64,000 nt of DNA from Nitrospinota bacterium. GTDB taxonomy: Bacteria > JADFOP01. The translations under genes and the position numbers were made by a program. Below are positions 27,901 through 38,555 of this stretch, one piece after another. The DNA is taken from assembly GCA_022562795.1 (NCBI GenBank), contig JADFOP010000006.1:1-64000 (forward strand), read 5' to 3'. Position 1 is the stretch's first letter. Every line of letters starts with the position of its first letter. The notes beneath the pieces were generated by a model. It ran no database searches and was not told the origin of the DNA. It saw only the letters and a program-made list of their open reading frames with translations.

Positions 27901-28788
27901 TTAGGCCCTAGGATGAAAACGGTCATAGAGGGTGCGAACCCTTTCTTTAAGCACGTGGGTGTAAATCTCAGTAGTTGCGATGTTTGCGTGGCCCAACATC
28001 TCCTGGACCGTCCGTAGGTCTGCTCCATGCTCCAGCAGATGAGTGGCGAAGGAGTGACGCAAATGGTGCGGGCTGAGCTCGGGGGAGAGGCCCGCCTGGC
28101 GGGCGTAGGCCTTTAGGCGCTTCCAGAAACCCTGGCGGCTGAGAAGCCGCCCGCGCCGCGATACAAAGCAATGGGGAGATGAGCGACCACGCAGTAGCGC
28201 GCCACGGGCCTCCGATAAATAGCGTCGAAGGGCCTCGGAGGCGTAATCCCCCAAAGGGATGAAGCGCTCCTTCTTGCCCTTTCCGATGGTTCTTACAAAG
28301 TTGCGATCGAGATTGATATCATTGAGGCTTAGCGCCACTAGCTCGCTCACCCGAAGGCCCGTAGCGTACAAAAGCTCCAGCATGGCCAAGTCTCTCAGGC
28401 CCTCCAGGGTTGTCGTATTTGGCTGGTCCAGGAGCCGCCTGACCTCCTCTTCGTGCAGGTAACGGGGAAGCCTCTTTTCCGGCCGCCACGACTCGACCTC
28501 CTCAACCGGATCGTTCACTATTATTCTCTCGCCCACTAAATAACGAAAGAATTGTCTAAGGCTGACCAGATGTCGGGCCAAGGAGCGGCTCGAAAGGCCA
28601 TTGGCCTGGAGGTGACTCAAGTAAAGCACGATTGTGCCTCGGTCAACCAACAACAGATCCTGCATCGTCGAAATATTCTCCGTCTCAAGGAAGCGCGACA
28701 GATCGCGCATATAGCTCTCCACTGTATTTTTCGCCAGGTAGCGCTCCACTACCATATACTGAACATATTGATCTATGAGGCTATCCAT
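27901..28788 (-). CDS. xerD: Site-specific tyrosine recombinase XerD
   Basis: LYATGLRVSELV, GKGKKER, SRQGFWK, HHLRHSFATHLL, LGHANIATTEIYTHV, FHPRA. Confidence 0.9.
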   Translation of the reverse strand: MDSLIDQYVQYMVVERYLAKNTVESYMRDLSRFLETENISTMQDLLLVDRGTIVLYLSHLQANGLSSRSLARHLVSLRQFFRYLVGERIIVNDPVEEVESWRPEKRLPRYLHEEEVRRLLDQPNTTTLEGLRDLAMLELLYATGLRVSELVALSLNDINLDRNFVRTIGKGKKERFIPLGDYASEALRRYLSEARGALLRGRSSPHCFVSRRGRLLSRQGFWKRLKAYARQAGLSPELSPHHLRHSFATHLLEHGADLRTVQEMLGHANIATTEIYTHVLKERVRTLYDRFHPRA

Positions 28789-28809
28789 AGTTAATATCCA
28801 TTCTTAAGA

Positions 28810-28837
28810 ATTATATCATAAGGCCCTATGCTGTAAA
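28810..28837 (-). promoter_or_regulatory. Putative promoter of xerD (extended -10)
   Basis: Minus strand TTTACA-16 nt-TATAAT, with TGn directly before the -10. Confidence 0.5.
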
Positions 28838-28845
28838 GTGAAAAA

Positions 28846-30411
28846 TCAGGTCTTTACATACCTCTCTCGAAAGATCCTGTACAAAAAGGAAAGCTCTTCG
28901 CACTTAAGAGCATAGGAGCATGCGATGTAGACGGCAACGCCAACCAAGATGACCATGGCTAGAGACGATACGCGCTCCACACCACTCGCGGCCTGGGCTA
29001 TCCAGCGGTGAGCCATCCAGGCAGCAGAGAGACCCATGACGGCGGAAGAGGCAGTCAGCTTCAATGTGGAGGCAAGAATGCGCTGCCCCCCAAGGCGTCC
29101 AACTCGCCTTTTGAAGATGATCAGAAGGGCGAAGACGTTGAACAGCGAAGCCAGAGAGGTCGCAAGGGCCAGGCCTCCGTGCTTCAGGGGACCCATGAGC
29201 AGAAGGCTCAGCACGATGTTCAAGCCCACTGCGCATACCCCAATCTTCATAGGGGTGGTCGTATCCTCCATGGAATAGAAGGCGGGTACGATAACCTTGA
29301 CTCCGGCAAAAGCGCACAGACCTATGGCGTAGAAGAGTAGCGCGAACGCAGAGCCCTGAGTCGAGGCGGCAGTGAACTGGCCACGCTCGAAGAGAGTCTG
29401 CACGATGGGGTGGCGCAGAATAATCAGTCCCACCGTGGCTGGAATGGTGATGAAGAGAACCAGACGGATGGCGAAGCTCAGTGTTTCGACAAATCGCTCC
29501 ATTTCACGTCGGGCTGCCTGGGCAGAAAGGGTCGGCAGCACGGCAATGCCCATAGCGATGCCAAAGACACCGAGAGGGAACTGGACCAGCCGGTTTCCAT
29601 AGTAAAGGTATGAGACGCTCCCCTCGGCCAACAGGCTGGCCAGTAGTGTGTCCACCACGAGGTTAATTTGCATGGCCGCGAGGCCCAGAATCGTCGGCAG
29701 CAAGAGTCGGCTTACCCGCACGACGCCGGGATGAATAAGTTTCTTCGGCCTGGCGGGACGAAAGCCTCGCGACGCCAAGGCCGGCACTTGCACGAGCATC
29801 TGGAGCGCCCCTCCCACCACCACACCGTAGGCCAAACCCATCACCGGCGGGTCGAGCACAGGACACAGGGTAAAAATCGAGGTGATGACAGCGATGTTAA
29901 ATAGTGCCGGACCAATGGCCGGAGTGAAGAAATGTTGGAGGGAGTTCAGGATGCCCATCTGGAGGGCCGCCATCCCCATGAAGAGGGCGAATGGAAACAT
30001 CACGCGGGTGAGCGAGACGGTGAGCCCGAACTTCACCAGGGTTCGAAAACCAGGAGCGATTACAGCGACCAGCCACCATGTGCCCAGCATCCCCGCCAGC
30101 ACGATGGAAGTAAGGATAGCCGCCACAATCCACGTGGCGCTCTGGGCCATAGCCCACGCCTCGTCCTTCTCTCCTTTCTCCCAGTAGCCGGTGAAGACCG
30201 GGATGAATGAGGCCGCCAAAGTCCCCTCGCCCATAAATCGCCGAAGCAGGTTGGGGATCCTAAGAGCAACAAAGAAGGCGTCGGCGGCCATTCCCGATCC
30301 GAAGAGCTGGGCGATGAAGATATCCCGTGCGAAACCAAGCAACCTGCTTATCATTGTGGCTCCGCCGACCACTCCTGCGGCGGTGGCCACTTGCCGCTCG
30401 GGAGTCGTCAC
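28846..30411 (-). CDS. murJ: Lipid II flippase MurJ (MviN)
   Basis: SRLLGFARD, ADAFFVALRIPNLLRR, YLYYGNRLVQFPLG. Start placed at GTG 30411 behind AAGGAGG. Confidence 0.94.
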   Translation of the reverse strand: MTTPERQVATAAGVVGGATMISRLLGFARDIFIAQLFGSGMAADAFFVALRIPNLLRRFMGEGTLAASFIPVFTGYWEKGEKDEAWAMAQSATWIVAAILTSIVLAGMLGTWWLVAVIAPGFRTLVKFGLTVSLTRVMFPFALFMGMAALQMGILNSLQHFFTPAIGPALFNIAVITSIFTLCPVLDPPVMGLAYGVVVGGALQMLVQVPALASRGFRPARPKKLIHPGVVRVSRLLLPTILGLAAMQINLVVDTLLASLLAEGSVSYLYYGNRLVQFPLGVFGIAMGIAVLPTLSAQAARREMERFVETLSFAIRLVLFITIPATVGLIILRHPIVQTLFERGQFTAASTQGSAFALLFYAIGLCAFAGVKVIVPAFYSMEDTTTPMKIGVCAVGLNIVLSLLLMGPLKHGGLALATSLASLFNVFALLIIFKRRVGRLGGQRILASTLKLTASSAVMGLSAAWMAHRWIAQAASGVERVSSLAMVILVGVAVYIACSYALKCEELSFLYRIFRERYVKT

Positions 30412-30449
30412 GAGCGCCTCCCCTCCTTGCCCCTGGATAGAAAAATCGG

Positions 30450-30478
30450 TTGACTCCAACGGAGACGTATGTTAGAAG
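30450..30478 (+). promoter_or_regulatory. Putative promoter of rpsT
   Basis: TTGACT-17 nt-TAGAAG with a TG extension. Confidence 0.4.
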
Positions 30479-30513
30479 TCCTATCGCTGCAGAAGTCGTA
30501 AGGAGGACCCACC

Positions 30514-30795
30514 GTGGCCGTAGTACATAAATCGACCATCAAGCGGGCCAGGCAGAATTTGAAGAGGCGTGCTCGCAACCAGCGAGTCATTTCACGGATG
30601 AAGACTGAGTCCAAGAAAGTTTTGGAAGCCGTCAAGGCAGGAGACCCGGAGGGAGCCCGAGCCGCTCTCAATGTCGCCGTACCAGTCATCGCCAAAGCGG
30701 CCGGCAAGGGAATGCTCCACCGTCGAACGGCGAGCCGAAAAGTCAGCCGCCTCACAAAGAGAGTTAACGAGCTAGAAACCAAGAGCGCCACTTAG
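30514..30795 (+). CDS. rpsT: 30S ribosomal protein S20
   Basis: HKSTIKRARQNLKRRARN...KGMLHRRTASRKVSRL; AAGGAGG SD. Confidence 0.95.
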   Translation: MAVVHKSTIKRARQNLKRRARNQRVISRMKTESKKVLEAVKAGDPEGARAALNVAVPVIAKAAGKGMLHRRTASRKVSRLTKRVNELETKSAT

Positions 30796-31940
30796 CCCTC
30801 GACCATTTCTTCCTTCCCTGAAGCGCAGAGGTCCATAACGAGGGTCTCGAGCGCCCGCCTATCACTCGTCCCACCGCCCTTCAGCTCCTCGTCAGCCTGA
30901 AGCAGCCGGTGCAAGCCGCGAGAGAGGCTCGCTTCCGAGAACCGCCCCGCCGTCTCGCGAAGCTCCCTCAGCCGTTGCCCGTGCCACCTCGAAAGCTCCT
31001 TGACGGGGTTCTTCACGGTCAGGTTATAGGTCTCCAGGTCGGACAGGCCTTTTGCGAGACTATCCTTCACCAACCAGATCCTACGGACCTGCCAGGCCAG
31101 CGTGCCTAGGATGGGAAGAGGCTGGAGGGGCCCCTGCCCGTCGCCGACGCTCAACAACGTCTCCAAAAGATTAAGGGCGGCCTCCACGTCTTGACGACCG
31201 ATCGCATCGGTAAGCTCAAAGACGCTCCGCTCCCGCCTGCCTACCACCAGCCGCTCAATAACCTCCACCGTTACATCCGAGCCTTCTGAGCCATACTCGG
31301 CCAGCTTATCAAGCTCGCGGGCGAGGCGCTGCAAATCGGGGCCGACCTCTTCCACCAAATAAGCGGCCCCCTCCCGGGAGAGGTTGCATCCAAGATCGCC
31401 GGCCCGCTCCCGCACCCACCGGGTTGCCGCATCATGGCTGTAAGTTTTGCACTCGACGAACGCCCCCATGGCTCGGAAACGCCGGACGATGGGCAGGCGG
31501 CCATCTACATTCCTGCCGACGAAAATTAGGTGAGTCGTGGGGTTTGGGTTTTCTAGATATTCCAAGAGACTCTGGCGGCACGCCTCAAGCTGGCCACCGG
31601 CTTCTGTCTCTTCCAAGGACTTCTCTTCGCCGGGCTCCTCCGACGAGGCGGCCCTCCGTGGTGGGCTGAAGAGGCCTTGCCAGGCTTCAACCCGCCGAAC
31701 GACGACGAGGCGCCGAGAGCCGAACAAGGGAATGGTTCGGGCCTCGTCCAAGACCTCCTCAACTTCCACCTGGTCGGCGTAGAGCCTGACAAGGCCGAAC
31801 TCCCGCTCCTCTGGGGGCAGGAGGCTCTCGAGAAGGGCCCGTAAGGCCTCCTCCGCCAGATAGGTATCGGGGCCGGAGACTAAGTAAGCGGGGCGGTGAG
31901 TCCCAGCCTTTAGCTCACGCCCAAGTTGTGCGACATCCAT
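30792..31940 (-). CDS. holA: DNA polymerase III delta subunit
   Basis: PAYLVSG, TIPLFGSRRLVVV, YLENPNPTT, ELDKL, VFELTDAI; leuS-lptE-holA order. Confidence 0.88.
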   Translation of the reverse strand: MDVAQLGRELKAGTHRPAYLVSGPDTYLAEEALRALLESLLPPEEREFGLVRLYADQVEVEEVLDEARTIPLFGSRRLVVVRRVEAWQGLFSPPRRAASSEEPGEEKSLEETEAGGQLEACRQSLLEYLENPNPTTHLIFVGRNVDGRLPIVRRFRAMGAFVECKTYSHDAATRWVRERAGDLGCNLSREGAAYLVEEVGPDLQRLARELDKLAEYGSEGSDVTVEVIERLVVGRRERSVFELTDAIGRQDVEAALNLLETLLSVGDGQGPLQPLPILGTLAWQVRRIWLVKDSLAKGLSDLETYNLTVKNPVKELSRWHGQRLRELRETAGRFSEASLSRGLHRLLQADEELKGGGTSDRRALETLVMDLCASGKEEMVEG

Positions 31941-31949
31941 GGGTTGAGC

Positions 31950-32483
31950 CTAAAATCTCTCTAAAACGAGGTTCAAAAGCTGGCCTGCCAATTCCTCGGC
32001 CGCCACCTGACGGCTGGCCACCTTGGCCGCCTCCCGCGAGACGATGGCCGAGGAGACGGCGAACTCCTCGCGGGCAGAGAAGCTCTGGTCGAGGAGAACC
32101 TTATCCTTGACGAGGTCCTTGAAGGAAACGTGAACGCCTATGACCACTCGGTACTGGGTGACTCGATCAAAAGAGTCGAATGCCACCGGGTCCAGGAAGT
32201 AGTTCTCTAGCTTGCCTTCCAACAGGGCTGTCGCCTCGGCTCTGCCAACCACTTTCAGGCGGCCGTCTCGTATGAACTCTCGGCGGATGGCGCTGGTGAT
32301 CTCTTTTTCGATCTCCGGCTCGAGAGTATGATTGGCAAAGATAGGGATGGCGACGGAGGTGATGTGAGCAGGGAGCCCGCCGGAACCTCTTCCCACGACT
32401 CCATAACCACAGCCGTTGAGAAGGGTTGCTGCCAGTACTATCCCTAGGAGAATGGAGCTTCCTGCAGGCCGCTGAGACCTCAT
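31950..32483 (-). CDS. lptE: LPS assembly lipoprotein LptE
   Basis: Lipobox [19 protein letters not shown]; lies between leuS and holA. Confidence 0.85.
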   Translation of the reverse strand: MRSQRPAGSSILLGIVLAATLLNGCGYGVVGRGSGGLPAHITSVAIPIFANHTLEPEIEKEITSAIRREFIRDGRLKVVGRAEATALLEGKLENYFLDPVAFDSFDRVTQYRVVIGVHVSFKDLVKDKVLLDQSFSAREEFAVSSAIVSREAAKVASRQVAAEELAGQLLNLVLERF

Positions 32484-34978
32484 CCCACAACTATATTGGC
32501 TAGCCGGTCCGGGACCACGACCACCTTCTTGAGCTTCTTGCCGGCGATCCAGGGCTGAACCTTCGTATCGGCCAGGGCGGCGGCCTCTATCTCCTCGGAA
32601 GGAGTGCCGGCTGGCAGGTTGATTCGGCTCCGGAGCTTGCCGTTGACCTGCACCACGATGAGGACTTCCTCAGCCCGAACGAGCGCCGCATCGTAATTAG
32701 GCCATGCGGCCTGGGACACATCGCCTTGGGCGAGGCGCTCCCACAGCTCCGACATCGCGTGCGGCGCGAAGGGGGTGAACAGGAGGACAAGGGACGTAAT
32801 CGTCTCCTTTAGCACCATCAGGGAGCGCTCGTCGGTCAGATCGAAGGTAGTCTTGTAGCAGGTGTTGACCAGCTCCATCAAGGACGCGATTGCCGTATTG
32901 AAGCGGAAACGCCCCTGTATGTCATCGGTGACTTTCCTAATCGTCCGGTGGGTGGCTCTTCGGAGCGCATCTAAGGGTTCTGGCAAATCGACTAGGCGTT
33001 CGTCCTCAACCTCTACGGAGGAGACCGCCTCGGCATGTTCGGTGACAAAGCGCCAGACCCGCAGGAGAAACCGGTGCGCCCCGGCGACACCGGCGTCGTT
33101 CCATTCAAGCTCCTTCTCCGGAGGAGAGGCGAATAGGATAAAGAGCCTACAGGTGTCGGCCCCATAGCGGGCGACGATTTCATCGGGGGAGACGGTGTTG
33201 CCACGGGACTTGCTCATGACCGCTCCGTCTTTAGTCACCATGCCCTGGGAGAGCAGGCGGGCGAAGGGCTCGTCGGTATCAATCAGCCCCAGGTCGCGCA
33301 GCACTCTGGTGTAGAAACGCGCATAGAGCAGATGGAGGACGGCGTGTTCGATCCCGCCGATGTACTGGTCCACGGACATCCAGTATCGGGCCGCCTCATG
33401 GTCAAAGGGCCCGTCGGAGAACTGCGGGGAGGTGTAGCGCAGGAAATACCAGGAAGAATCGACGAAGGTGTCCATCGTGTCCGTCTCACGTTGGGCCGCT
33501 TCCCCGCAGGACGGACAGGCGACGTTTAGGAACGTCTCCAGATTGTTCAAGGGCGATATGCCGGTGAGGGCGCTTTCCAACTCCAGGGGCAGGATGACAG
33601 GGAGGTCCTTTTCGGGGACCGGCACGGTCCCGCAGGCGTCGCAGTATATGATGGGAATGGGGGTGCCCCAGTAACGCTGGCGCGAGATGCCCCAGTCGCG
33701 CAGGCGGTAGGTGATGGCTTTGTGCCCGATGCCCGCCTCCTCGAAGTGATCGGCGATGGCCTCGCAAGCCTGGGGGCTATCCATTCCGCTGAAGGGCCCG
33801 CAATTGACCAGAACCCCTTCGTGCACGTACGCCTCAGTCATGGTCGCCTCGTCGAGGCCACCCTCCGGGGGGTTGATGACGACACGAACGTGGATGTCGT
33901 TCTGGCGGGCGAACTCGAGGTCGCGCTGATCGTGAGCGGGGACCGCCATAATGGCCCCTGTACCGTAGTCCATCAGAACGAAGCTGGCAATCCAGATGGG
34001 GATTTTCTCCTTGGTCATTGGGTTGAGAGCGTAGCGGCCCGTGAATAAGCCCCGCTTCTCCCCAGTCTCGGCGACGCGGAGGATGCGGTCCTCCTTGGCG
34101 CACTCAGCTATGAACTCCAGAGCTTCCCGTTCCCGGTCGGAGCCGGCAATAATCTGGCGGCTCAAGGGGTGTTCAGGGGCAAGGACCATGAAGGTGGCGC
34201 CGTAGACGGTATCCTGACGCGTCGTGTAGACTCGAATCGCCTCCGTACCGTTACAAGCCTCGAGCAGGGGAAAGTCAATCTCCGCGCCATAAGACTTCCC
34301 GATCCAGTTGCGCTGCATGGTGAGGACGCGCTCGGGCCAACCCTCCCTGAGGTCCTCCAACCCTCCCAGAAGCTCCTCGGCGTAGTCCGTAATCTTGAAG
34401 AACCACTGGTCCAATTCCCGAAATGTGACCTCGCTATCGCATCGCCAGCACCTTCCCGCCTCGACCTGCTCGTTGGCCAGGACGGTCTTGCATCGGTCAC
34501 ACCAGTTGACCGTCGAAAGCCTCTTGTATGCCAAGCCCATCTCATACATCTTGAGGAAAATCCACTGGTTCCAGCGATAGTAGGTCGGATCGCAGGTTGC
34601 CACCTCCCTGTCCCAATCGTAGGACAACCCGAGGGCCTTGAGCTGGCGCCGCATCGTCGAGATGTTCTCTTGCGTCCAGGTGTTGGGGTGAATCCCACGC
34701 TCGATGGCCGCGTTCTCGGCGGGCAGGCCGAAGGCGTCCCACCCCATCGGGTGGAGCACTGTATAGCCCTTCATCATGAGGTATCGGGCCAGGACGTCGC
34801 CTATAACGTAGTTGCGGGCGTGGCCCATGTGAATCTCGCCCGAGGGGTAGGGAAACATCTCCAAGACGTAATACTTCGGCTTGGAGGAATCCTCCTCAGT
34901 CTTGAAGCGCTGGGCCTCTTCCCAGCAGGCCTGCCACTTCGCCTCGATTGATTTTGCAATGTAGCGGTTGTCAGTCAT
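32480..34978 (-). CDS. leuS: Leucine--tRNA ligase
   Basis: [42 protein letters not shown]. Start moved to ATG 34978. Confidence 0.96.
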   Translation of the reverse strand: MTDNRYIAKSIEAKWQACWEEAQRFKTEEDSSKPKYYVLEMFPYPSGEIHMGHARNYVIGDVLARYLMMKGYTVLHPMGWDAFGLPAENAAIERGIHPNTWTQENISTMRRQLKALGLSYDWDREVATCDPTYYRWNQWIFLKMYEMGLAYKRLSTVNWCDRCKTVLANEQVEAGRCWRCDSEVTFRELDQWFFKITDYAEELLGGLEDLREGWPERVLTMQRNWIGKSYGAEIDFPLLEACNGTEAIRVYTTRQDTVYGATFMVLAPEHPLSRQIIAGSDREREALEFIAECAKEDRILRVAETGEKRGLFTGRYALNPMTKEKIPIWIASFVLMDYGTGAIMAVPAHDQRDLEFARQNDIHVRVVINPPEGGLDEATMTEAYVHEGVLVNCGPFSGMDSPQACEAIADHFEEAGIGHKAITYRLRDWGISRQRYWGTPIPIIYCDACGTVPVPEKDLPVILPLELESALTGISPLNNLETFLNVACPSCGEAAQRETDTMDTFVDSSWYFLRYTSPQFSDGPFDHEAARYWMSVDQYIGGIEHAVLHLLYARFYTRVLRDLGLIDTDEPFARLLSQGMVTKDGAVMSKSRGNTVSPDEIVARYGADTCRLFILFASPPEKELEWNDAGVAGAHRFLLRVWRFVTEHAEAVSSVEVEDERLVDLPEPLDALRRATHRTIRKVTDDIQGRFRFNTAIASLMELVNTCYKTTFDLTDERSLMVLKETITSLVLLFTPFAPHAMSELWERLAQGDVSQAAWPNYDAALVRAEEVLIVVQVNGKLRSRINLPAGTPSEEIEAAALADTKVQPWIAGKKLKKVVVVPDRLANIVVG

Positions 34979-35125
34979 GGCCCGCGACGGGCTATTGAGG
35001 AATATGGGGAGACCGCCTGCAGACGCGCTACCCATCATCCCATCAGGGAATTAACAACGGTGGGGTCTCGCTGGTCGCCCCGTTCAATACCACACTTGCG
35101 ACGAGCTTGGCAACCCCGACGGAAC

Positions 35126-35860
35126 CTAAAGGCCGTGGCTCAGCCTCTTAGCGAAGGCGGGCGGAAGGCCGGCCTTGAGAATCTTTTCCCCGGCCGTCTC
35201 GATATCGTAATCCACCCGATGCAGCTCAAGGGCGCCCGCAGCGTGGTCGTAGACCGCATAGGCTGCCCTCGGGTCTCCGTCGCGAGGCTGGCCCACGCTG
35301 CCAACATTGATTATGTAGCGGTAGCCGATTTTCATCCGCAGCCGGTCAAAGTGAACGCCGGCCATCTCCCCGTTGGGGTTCTGCGCGAATGCGGTGGGGC
35401 AGTGAGTATGGCCCACGAAACAACACCTGGTGGTGAAGGCCGCAAACTCATCCAGCGCATCGGCCGGGTCAAATAGGTATTCCCAGGCCTCGGGCATGCT
35501 AGGTGTAGCGTGGACTAACGTCGCCCCTTCCCCAAAGAGGGTCATGGTCAACGGCAGAGCTTCGAGGTATGGGATATGATCTTTTTCAAGCATCCGGGCG
35601 GTCCATTGAATCGCCTTGCGGGCAAAGGGGTTGAAAGATGAGACATCGGTCAGGCCGACGGCGCCGCGGTCGTGGTTGCCCGCCACAACCACCTCTGCCG
35701 TTTCTCGAATCCTATCACAGCAGGGGTTTGGGTCGGCTCCATAGCCAACAATATCACCGAGGCAAACAACCCGGTCGACCGACTCATCGGAGAGGTGCTC
35801 GAGGACGGCCTCAAGGGCTTCGAGGTTGGCATGGACGTCAGCGAGGATGGCGATCCTCAC
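35126..35860 (-). CDS. Calcineurin-like metallophosphoesterase
   Basis: DVHAN, LGDIVGYG, GNHD, VHATP, GHTH, NVGSVGQPRDG. Confidence 0.9.
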   Translation of the reverse strand: MRIAILADVHANLEALEAVLEHLSDESVDRVVCLGDIVGYGADPNPCCDRIRETAEVVVAGNHDRGAVGLTDVSSFNPFARKAIQWTARMLEKDHIPYLEALPLTMTLFGEGATLVHATPSMPEAWEYLFDPADALDEFAAFTTRCCFVGHTHCPTAFAQNPNGEMAGVHFDRLRMKIGYRYIINVGSVGQPRDGDPRAAYAVYDHAAGALELHRVDYDIETAGEKILKAGLPPAFAKRLSHGL

Positions 35861-36411
35861 CCCTCGTCCTCCAAAACCAGGTCGAACTCACGACCATACG
35901 TCCCAGCCATGGCCTGTAGCCAGATCGGCGCTTCTCGCACAAGGAGTGCGAAGCTCTCAGGCTCCTCCTCGACTATGCGGATGGCTTCATCCCGCCCGCT
36001 GGCCTGAAGCAGACCCCTCAGCGTCGAGGCCGCCGCATCCTGGTAGGAGATAGCCTCCAGCTCACGCCCCATCACTCCAAGGCTCCAGCCTCCAAACTTT
36101 AGCTTCGCCACGTCAGCCGCCGCCAAGGCAACGGCCTTTTGCAACTTATCAGGGTTCATGGCCGAAGCCGGCCCAAACCCGAACAGCAGCACCCGTTCCG
36201 CCCCCACCCTGTCGGCCCCACCGATCAAGTGCTTCTGGCCAAGCTGCCCCGTGAGGCTCCCATCTAAAACCAATCTCGCAATAGCGCCGTCCAGGCGCCA
36301 GTCGCACCATGCCGTATGGCCCCTGGTGGGGAGCCTGTCGCTGAATAGTGAGAGGAGCAGCAAGGGGGTTAGGAGGTCGGTGAATGGGCGGCGTGCCAGG
36401 ATTAATCGCAC
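35857..36411 (-). CDS. Stand-alone leucyl aminopeptidase (M17) N-terminal-like domain protein
   Basis: DWRLDGAIARLVLDGSLTGQLGQ...AERVLLFGFG resembles Peptidase_M17_N; no catalytic M17 domain present. Confidence 0.6.
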   Translation of the reverse strand: MRLILARRPFTDLLTPLLLLSLFSDRLPTRGHTAWCDWRLDGAIARLVLDGSLTGQLGQKHLIGGADRVGAERVLLFGFGPASAMNPDKLQKAVALAAADVAKLKFGGWSLGVMGRELEAISYQDAAASTLRGLLQASGRDEAIRIVEEEPESFALLVREAPIWLQAMAGTYGREFDLVLEDEG

Positions 36412-36863
36412 GGAGACGTCTCCTCCTCGACCTCCTTTTCGATACGAGCCCGCAGGGCCTGGTCTAAGATACCATTGACAAAGGCCGCGGAGTCGGCCGT
36501 GGAGAACTTCTTGGCTATCTCGATGGCTTCGTTGACGGTCGCCTTGGGCGGGATGTCGAGCCGGAAGAGGAGCTCGTAGAGTGCGAGCCTAAGGATGCTT
36601 CGGTCCACGGTGCTCATCCGCTCTAGGCTCCAGTGAGTGGACCAGCGGCGAATTTCTGCGTCGATGGCCTCCCGCTCCTTGACCGTCCCCTCGACAAGCT
36701 CCAAACAGAAGGCATCGAGGACGAGAGGCGCGTCGGCTACCGTGCGATACGATTCCAAGAGGTCCGCAATGTTTTGCTCCGTCATGTCCCACTGGTAGAG
36801 GAGTTTGACGGCAACCTCCCGCGATTCGCGTCGGCTGGTGGTGGAATCGGATTCATAGCTCAT
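36402..36863 (-). CDS. nusB: Transcription antitermination factor NusB
   Basis: [50 protein letters not shown] 36863 overlaps the ribH stop. Confidence 0.94.
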   Translation of the reverse strand: MSYESDSTTSRRESREVAVKLLYQWDMTEQNIADLLESYRTVADAPLVLDAFCLELVEGTVKEREAIDAEIRRWSTHWSLERMSTVDRSILRLALYELLFRLDIPPKATVNEAIEIAKKFSTADSAAFVNGILDQALRARIEKEVEEETSPCD

Positions 36864-37317
36864 CGTTAAGGCTCGCCATCTCAACGGCCGCCATCGCCGC
36901 CTCGAAGCCCTTGTTGTCGGAATTGCCGCCAGCCCGCTCAATTGCCTGCTCAATGTTATCAGTCGTGAGCAGGCCGAAGACTACGGGCATGCTGAACTCC
37001 ATGCTCAATTGGGAAATACCTTTGGCCGCCTCGCCGGCGATGTAGTCAAAGTGAGGCGTCTCACCCCGGATGACCGCTCCAAGACAAATAACCGCATCGA
37101 AGTCGCCGCTGGCGGACAGCCATTTAGCTGCCAGTGGAATCTCGAAGGCGCCGGGCACCCGGACCACGCTTATGTCCTCGTCGGCCACCCCCGTACGCGC
37201 CAGGGCGTCGAGGGCTCCCTCCAAGAGCCGGGAGGTGATGAAATCGTTGAAGCGGCTGACGACGATGCCCATCTTTTTTCCGTCGCCCTTAGGCTTCCCT
37301 TCGATGTATCGCGGCAT
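36853..37317 (-). CDS. ribH: 6,7-dimethyl-8-ribityllumazine synthase
   Basis: [32 protein letters not shown]. Confidence 0.97.
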   Translation of the reverse strand: MPRYIEGKPKGDGKKMGIVVSRFNDFITSRLLEGALDALARTGVADEDISVVRVPGAFEIPLAAKWLSASGDFDAVICLGAVIRGETPHFDYIAGEAAKGISQLSMEFSMPVVFGLLTTDNIEQAIERAGGNSDNKGFEAAMAAVEMASLNDEL

Positions 37318-37338
37318 TGACTAAGCCCCTGCGGTTCT

Positions 37339-38541
37339 CTAGAGGTTCTCGATGAGGTGGCCTAGCTTGGAACGCTTGGCGGCCAAGTAACGGACGTTCG
37401 TATCGCGCGGCGCCATGACGAGCGGCTCGCGCTCGACCACCTCCAGGCCGTAGCCGGCCAGCCCGACGATTTTGCGCGGGTTGTTCGTCAAGAGCCGGAT
37501 CTTCTTGAGCCCCAAATCCACTAAAATTTGGGCCCCGATCCCATAATCCCTGAGATCGTCCTTGAAGCCCAGGGTCTCGTTGGCCTCTACCGTATCGAGG
37601 CCCTCGTCCTGGAGCTCGTAGGCCTTTAGTTTATTGAGGAGACCGATCCCTCGGCCTTCTTGCTGGAGGTATAAGAGGACCCCGCTCCCTGCCTCGGAAA
37701 TCATCCTTAAGGCCGCCTGGAGCTGCTCGCCGCAGTCGCAGCGATGGGAGCCAAAGACATCTCCCGTGAGGCACTGGGAGTGTAGCCGCACCAGCACCGG
37801 GCGCTCGATGTCAATCTCTCCTCGTATGAGAGCCAGGTGCGTCTGGTCGTGAATCGTATTCTTGTAGGCCACCGCATTGAAGTCCCCTAAATCCGTGGGG
37901 ATGGTGGTCCGGGCGGCGACCGAAACGAATGACTCGGTGCGCATCCGGTAGGCGATAAGGTCCTTGACGGAGCACATTTTGAGGTCGTGCTCCTCGGCGA
38001 AGCGCTCCAGCTCGGGAACGCGGGCCATGGTCCCGTCTTCGTTTAGAATTTCACAGATAACCCCTGCCGGAAAGAGGCCCGCCAGGCGAGCCAGATCAAC
38101 GGCCCCTTCGGTGTGGCCGGATCTAACGAGGACCCCTCCATTTCTGGCCCTGAGGGGGAAGACGTGGCCCGGCCTGGTGAGGTCCTGGGGGCTCGCGCCC
38201 AAATCAATGGCCGTGAGGATTGTCCGGTACCGGTCGTAGGCGGAAATACCTGTAGTGACTCCTTCGCGCGCGCTGATCGATACGGTGAAAGCCGTGTGGA
38301 AGTGAGCGCTGTTATCATCGACCATCTGAGGCAGCTTGAGCTCCTCGACCCGCCCGGGAGTTAGGGCAAGGCATATGAGGCCGCCACCGTTTTTAATCGC
38401 GAAATTTATGGCATCCGGGGTGACCTTCTCGGCAGCGATCACCAGGTCACCCTCATTTTCCCGGTCTTCGTCGTCAACGAGAATAATAATCTTGCCCAAG
38501 CGGATATCCTCGAGGATTTCCTCGATGGGACGAAATGACAT
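37339..38541 (-). CDS. ribBA: Bifunctional DHBP synthase / GTP cyclohydrolase II
   Basis: DDEDRENEGDL, GHTEG, RLHSQCLTGDVFGSHRCDCG, QEGRGIGL. Confidence 0.96.
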   Translation of the reverse strand: MSFRPIEEILEDIRLGKIIILVDDEDRENEGDLVIAAEKVTPDAINFAIKNGGGLICLALTPGRVEELKLPQMVDDNSAHFHTAFTVSISAREGVTTGISAYDRYRTILTAIDLGASPQDLTRPGHVFPLRARNGGVLVRSGHTEGAVDLARLAGLFPAGVICEILNEDGTMARVPELERFAEEHDLKMCSVKDLIAYRMRTESFVSVAARTTIPTDLGDFNAVAYKNTIHDQTHLALIRGEIDIERPVLVRLHSQCLTGDVFGSHRCDCGEQLQAALRMISEAGSGVLLYLQQEGRGIGLLNKLKAYELQDEGLDTVEANETLGFKDDLRDYGIGAQILVDLGLKKIRLLTNNPRKIVGLAGYGLEVVEREPLVMAPRDTNVRYLAAKRSKLGHLIENL

Positions 38542-38555
38542 GAAGCACACCTCCC

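Noticed and set aside
27901-28788. Phage or island integrase marking a mobile element
   Set aside because: Size and motifs fit housekeeping XerD, the flanks are glnD and murJ, and I saw no att repeats, tRNA or phage genes.
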